A stretch of DNA of 64,000 bases, taken from assembly GCF_009914755.1 (NCBI RefSeq), contig NC_060935.1. One strand, written 5' to 3'. This DNA is from the human T2T-CHM13v2.0 reference genome, Homo sapiens. Under the pieces are notes generated by a model. It saw only the letters and a program-made list of their open reading frames with translations. It had not been told where the DNA came from and did not search any database. The position numbers were made by a program, and so were the translations under genes. Of this stretch, positions 57,224-64,000 are shown piece by piece; position 1 is the first letter of the stretch, and each line of letters begins with the position of its first letter.

Positions 57224-57672
57224 TTGGGGGCAGGGTTAAAAAAAACCAAGAACTGTATTGGCACAAATTACTGGTTTCTATCCCATATTTTCTCAATTAT
57301 CTTTATTTTTTATTTTTTATTTTTTTTTACTTTAAGTTCTGGGATACATGTGCAGAACATGCAGTTTTGTTACATAGGTATATACATGTGCCACGGTGGT
57401 TTGCTGCACGCATCAACCTGCCATCTAGGTTTAAAGCCCCGTATGCATTAGGTATTTTTCCTAATGCTCTCCCTCCCCTTTCCCCCTACCCCCCAACAGG
57501 CCCCAGTGTGTGATGTTCCCCTCCCTGTGTCTATGTGTTCTCGTTGTTGAACTCCTACTTATGAGTGAGAACATGCAGTGTTTGGTTGTCCATTCCTGTG
57601 TTAGTTTGCTGAGAATGATGGTTTCCAGCTTCATTCATGTCCCTGCAAAGGAGATGAACTCATTTTTTTTTT
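57224..57672 (-). mobile_element. 5'-truncated L1PA 3' end carrying a probable 3' transduction
   Basis: Reverse L1 3'UTR at 57329-57672, T-rich tail 57302-57328, extra non-L1 sequence 57226-57301, all within the TSD CTGTCACCCTATTTT (57209-57223 and 57673-57687). Confidence 0.85.
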
Positions 57673-59253
57673 CTGTCACCCTATTTTCACCTCTCCTTCT
57701 GTACTTTGCTTATTACAACACTCCTTTTCTTGTATTCCATTTGCCAGTGGACACAGTCATCACTCCACTGATCACTTATATCTCATAATTCACTTTCATC
57801 ACACCCTGCTAACTGTACTTACACCCTCTTTGCAGGAACTGGTGACAACTTCCCCACTGATCTTTCTTGAGAAAAAAAGGTGAGAATTTAAAAGGGAAAA
57901 TAACTGGGCTCTCATTAGACTTAGAAAAACTTCTGTAGGGATCCTCGTTAGACACGGCGACAATAGTGAGCATCCCGAAGAACTCATCACTAGGGTGTCT
58001 TTTAGGCAATTGGAGTAAATGCAAATTAGACAGCTTCAAGGGAAAGAAATTCATTTCCTATTGCAATATGATTTGGGTCCAATACAAATTGGAAGACCAA
58101 GAAATTTGGCCTAAAAATGGTTATTTACCTTATAATACTATTTTACAATTGGACTTATTCTGTGAAAAGGAAGGAAAATGGACAGAGGTCCCTTATGTAC
58201 AGGTGTTTACGGCCCTTTACCAGTACCCTCACTTAAGGGAGAGCTGTAGGATGTGTCTGGCTCATGTTACTTCCAGATACCAAGAAGATGCACTTCCTAG
58301 ATGATACCCTCCTAGCTGCTCTCCCTAGGAGGCCCACATGTCCCTTGGAGCCTCCTCAGTTCCCTGATTCTGAGGGGAGTCCCACTAGTTTTCCAGCCCA
58401 GGATTTCACCCTAGGGTCATCAGACTCCCCTCCCACTTAGCCAGTTAGGCCCAACCTATACCCCTGCTGCTTGAGGAAATAAGCCCAACCAGTACCACCA
58501 GGAGTGATGCCCCATATCAGCCCCTAAAATTGAACCCGTGACCATTGCAAGAGGTAGCTGACAGAAATAGGGGAACAATTAGGGTACATGTGCCTCTTTC
58601 TGCGTCTGATTTGACTTTATGCAAGGAGAAATTTGGCCCATTTTTGGAAGATCCAGGGAAGTTTATAAAGGAATTTATTAAGTTGACCATATACTTTATC
58701 TTGACAAGACTTGCAAATATTATTGTCCACCTGCTGTACCACAAGACAGAAACAAAGGATTCTGGGTACTGCCCATGAATATGCAGATGGAGTAGCTACT
58801 TGAAACAGAAGCCATGCCATTTATCATGTGAAGGGAGATGCAGTTCCAGACTTGGACCTCAGTGGGGTTGCCAGAGGGGTTCCCAAGATTTCAAATGCAG
58901 AAATCACATGGTAACTTATTTAATAGAAGGTATGGAAAAGATATGGTTAAGCCAGTTATGACGATGTTACAGAAGTAAATCAGGGGAAGGAAGAACATCC
59001 TGCTCTGTTTCAGGACAGTATGGCTGAGGCACCCAGGAAATACACTAATGCAGACCCAGACTCCTGGGAGGAGCAAGCTCTCCTAGGTATAAATTTTATT
59101 ACTTGATCTGCCCTTAACTTAGGAGGAAACTACAAAAGGCAGAAATGGGACTTCAAACAACCAAGAACCAACTCTTAAACACGGCCTTTGGAGTTTACAA
59201 CAATAGGGACAGGGCAGAGAAGGTGAAGAAAATCTGAAGAAATAGCCAAAAAG

Positions 59254-60419
<1,166 letters not shown>

Positions 60420-63400
60420 AAGAAATAACCAAAAAGCACAATTCTTAGTGGCTGCCTTAAACTCTGTGTCACCTCAGGATTACCCATTCTGAGAAAGTGT
60501 CATGAAATCAGCCTCTGGGATGCCCAGGTGAAAGTCTCTGACTTGCTGTCCCCTCGGCCAGTGTTTTTTTCTGTAAGCAAGAGGGCCATTGGGAAAGGGA
60601 CTTCCTCAGGCTCTGAAGAAAGCCTCGGCTACCCACACTCACAATGGCTAAGAGAACAGAGGATTGAAGGGGCCTGAAGTCCTCCATGGTTCCCACTGTA
60701 CATCTTGCCATCTCCACAGGAGATCCTTGGCTAACCCTTGATGTGGTAGGTAAGAAGACTGAGTTCTTATTGGGTAAGAGTTCTGACCCATTTCTCAGGG
60801 CCAGTTGTCTTCCTGCTCTTATACCATAACAGAGATTGATATCCAAGAATTAGGAGATTCACCCACTGCCTTGGTTGCAATGTGCAGGACCATAGGTTTT
60901 AAACCTGAGTGCCCTGTGTCTTTACTGGGAAGGGACTTACATTCCCAATTACAGGCCACAGTTCAATTTGAGGAGCCTTATGATAAGGCAATAGGCCAGG
61001 AAGGGCTCTAAGTGAATAACTTAATACACACAGATACATAAAAGACCTCCCTTCCACTGCATATTACTTCTCAAGTAGACCCCTCTGGGAAATAGAAGTT
61101 GCTGGTAGAGCTGTTAATGTACCCCCAGTCCAGGTTACCTTGAAGCCCAATGTTGGTTACCCATGGAGGAAACAATATCCATGAGACCTGAAGCAAAACT
61201 GGGCATACAACCCCTGATAGCAAAGTTTCTAAAGTATGGACTATTACAGCCCTGGCAGTCCCCATGTAATACCCCCATCCTGTGTGTAAAGAAGGAAAAT
61301 GGGGAATACAGATTTAAGCCCTGAGGACAGTTAATGAGGTATTAGTCACTGCCTACCCAATAGTTCCTAACCCTTACACAATATTGACCCAAATCCCCGA
61401 AGATGCTAATTGGTTCACAGTATTAGATTTAAATGATGCTTTATTTTACATATCTTTACACCCAGACGTCCCAGTATATTTCTGCTTTTGAATGGACTGA
61501 TCCAGACCCTCATGCTATATCTCAGTTTACCTGGACTCTTTCCTCCAAGGTCATAGGGACAGTCCTCATCTCTTTGGGAATGCATTGACAAAATAATTAA
61601 GGGAATTATAGTTAAAAAATGGATCCATTTTACAATATGTAGATGACCTATTAATTTCCAGCACTACTAGAAAATACTCTAATAAAAATACAATTCAGGT
61701 CCTTAATTTTGGGAGAAAACAAGGGTATCGTGTATCCCCCCCAAGCACAAGGCCCAGATTTCTATTCAAAATGTTAAATACTTGGGATACATGTTCCCTC
61801 CTGGGACAAGGACCCTAGCACAGAAACAGAAAGAGACCATCCTGGCACTCCAGCCCCTTCAGACTAAGAAATAGTTAAGAACCTTTGTGGGAATGACTGG
61901 ATTATGCTGGATTTGGATTCCTGAGTTGGGGCTCATATCAAAACCACTCTATGAAGGTCTAAAAGGGAATGATCATGAGCCTTTGAACTGGGATGGAACC
62001 TGCCAACAGGCATTTCTAACCTTAAAAGAAAAGATGGGAACAGCCCCTGCTTTGGGACCTTTCACCCTCTATATGGCTGAAAAACAAGGGACAATTTTGG
62101 GTGTTCTAAATCCAAGGCTCAGGAATTATCCCAGATGAATGGCTTCTCTAAACAGCTGGAACAGATGGTGGCTGGATGGCCAGGATTCTTGCAAGCTATG
62201 GCCACCATCACTCTATTGATAGAAACAGACAGTAAGTTTACCTTGGTGCACCATTTAGATGTTATGACCTCCCCATCAAGTACAGGAGGTTCTAGAGGCA
62301 AAAGGACGTCCATGGCTAATAGGAAGCCAGTTACTTAAATATCAGGCCCTTCTGCTTGACACCCCCAGATGTTACCCTTAAGGTATATTAAGTTTTAAAC
62401 TCTGTTACCCTGTTCCCAGACTTCACATCCCAAGAAACAGGTCCCCAATTCATCCACTCCTATGTGAAAACCATGGAACAGACCTACTCTAGCAGGTCTG
62501 ACCTTAAATATGAGCCCCTGATAGCTTTGATGTTTTGTGGTCTACAGACAGGAGTAGCTTTATTCATAAAGGAGTAGTAAAGAAGACAGGTAATGCTATG
62601 GTTAGCCAACAAGAAGTTATTAAGGCCAAAGTTTTACCGCCCCAGACTTCTCCTCAAAAAGTGGAATTAATTGTTTTAATAAGGACCCTCCAACTGGGAA
62701 AAGAGTCAATATATTTACTCATTCTAAATATGGATTCCTGATGCTCCATGCTCATGCTGCCTTGTAGAAAGAAAGAGGACTACTAACATCTAAGGGGTCC
62801 CCCATAAAACATCACTGAGATCTTGGAACTTTTAGATACTGTCCAGCTCCCAAAAGAAATAGCAGTTATTCATTGCAGGGGACACAATAAGGGAGACATG
62901 TCTAGTATTAGAGGAAATGCTCTGGCAGACAGAGCAGCCAAGGCCACTGCTACAAGAAGATCAGTACCACGGGCCACTGCACTAATGCCTGATACTCCAC
63001 CCATGTCAGCAGAATCATACTGTACACCTGAGGAAATTAAATGAACATAACAGAAAGGCTTACAAAAGAGTCCCTCATGGTAGTTGCTAGAAAGCAACAA
63101 ACTTTCTCCCCAAGGCTAAGCAGTGGAAAATAATTAAGCATTTCCATAACTCCTCACATTTGGGATGGAATTCTCTCTTCAAATTGGTTTCCCAAATATT
63201 CTTGGAGAAGGGACTATTCCAGACTGAAAAAGGGGTCACCAGGACCTGTGAACTCTGTGCCCATAATAACCCAGGAAGCCACCTACTCAAACCTTTATAA
63301 CATCAAGGAACATATCCTGGGGAAGACTGGCAAATAGATTTCACTCAGACTGCCTTACAGAGGACTACAATATTTGCTAGTACTTATAGCCATTTTCACC

Positions 63401-64000
63401 AGATGGATAGAAACTTTTCCCACAAGGACAGAAAAAGTATTGGAAGGGTCCAAATTCTTACTTAAAGAAGTTCATCCCAAGGTTTGGATTATCAAAAAGC
63501 TTGCCAAGTGGTAATGGACCCTTCTTCATAGGTAAGGTGACCCCGCAGGTTTCCTCAGCCTTGGGCATTACCTGTCATCTTCATTCCTCCTGGAGGCTTC
63601 AATCCTCTGGTAAGGTAGAAAGAGCCAACCATGTTTTTAAAAGGACATTAGCAAAACTCTGTTGGGAAACCTGGGAGGCCTAAGTTTTTCTCCAATCCGT
63701 AGCCCTCTTGTGCATAAGGAGGGCTCCAAGAGGAACCCTAAAACTTAGTCCATTTGAAATAACCTGTGGGAGGCCGTTTTTAACTTCAGATTTCCTGTTT
63801 GATGAGGAGACACCTAGAACGCTCACTCATATTATCAACTTAGGCCAGTTTCGAAAGATCTTTCAAGAATATGGAAATAAAGCATTTCCCTTTCCCACGA
63901 AGGAAAAGAGTAAGTCCCCTCTTTAATCTGGAGACTTAGTCTTACTAAAAACCTGGAAAGAAGGGAGTCTTCCCCAAGGATCTATTACAACCAAAATAAA

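Overview
This is AT-rich, repeat-dense mammalian DNA. Alu, L1PA and HERV content indicates a primate, very probably human, and the window lies in an olfactory receptor OR4C cluster. It holds two intact single-exon OR ORFs (866-1795 minus, recognised as OR4C12; 52166-53086 plus, probably OR4C45) and one multiply disrupted OR4C pseudogene (38083-39016 plus). The rest is mostly transposable elements. These include a deeply nested L1/ERV stack (~11390-29755), a two-LTR HUERS-P3/LTR9-like provirus, an MSTA-like MaLR provirus, a MER41/PRIMA41-like gag-pol provirus running off the right edge, and many Alu, MIR and MLT copies. I found no convincing new multi-gene system. The most notable local signals are: (i) both intact ORs lost the DRY arginine by CGC>TGC while the pseudogene kept it; (ii) an out-of-frame ATG 10 nt upstream of the OR4C45-like start that looks like a frameshifted ancestral start; (iii) an L1 3' transduction inside a 15-bp TSD; (iv) a 160-bp locally templated insertion; (v) a 368-bp-period duplication with a fold-back junction; (vi) an abutting EBF/homeodomain site upstream of OR4C12; and (vii) a probable rearrangement breakpoint near 29755. 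Repeat subfamily names come from recalled consensus sequences, not from a database search.
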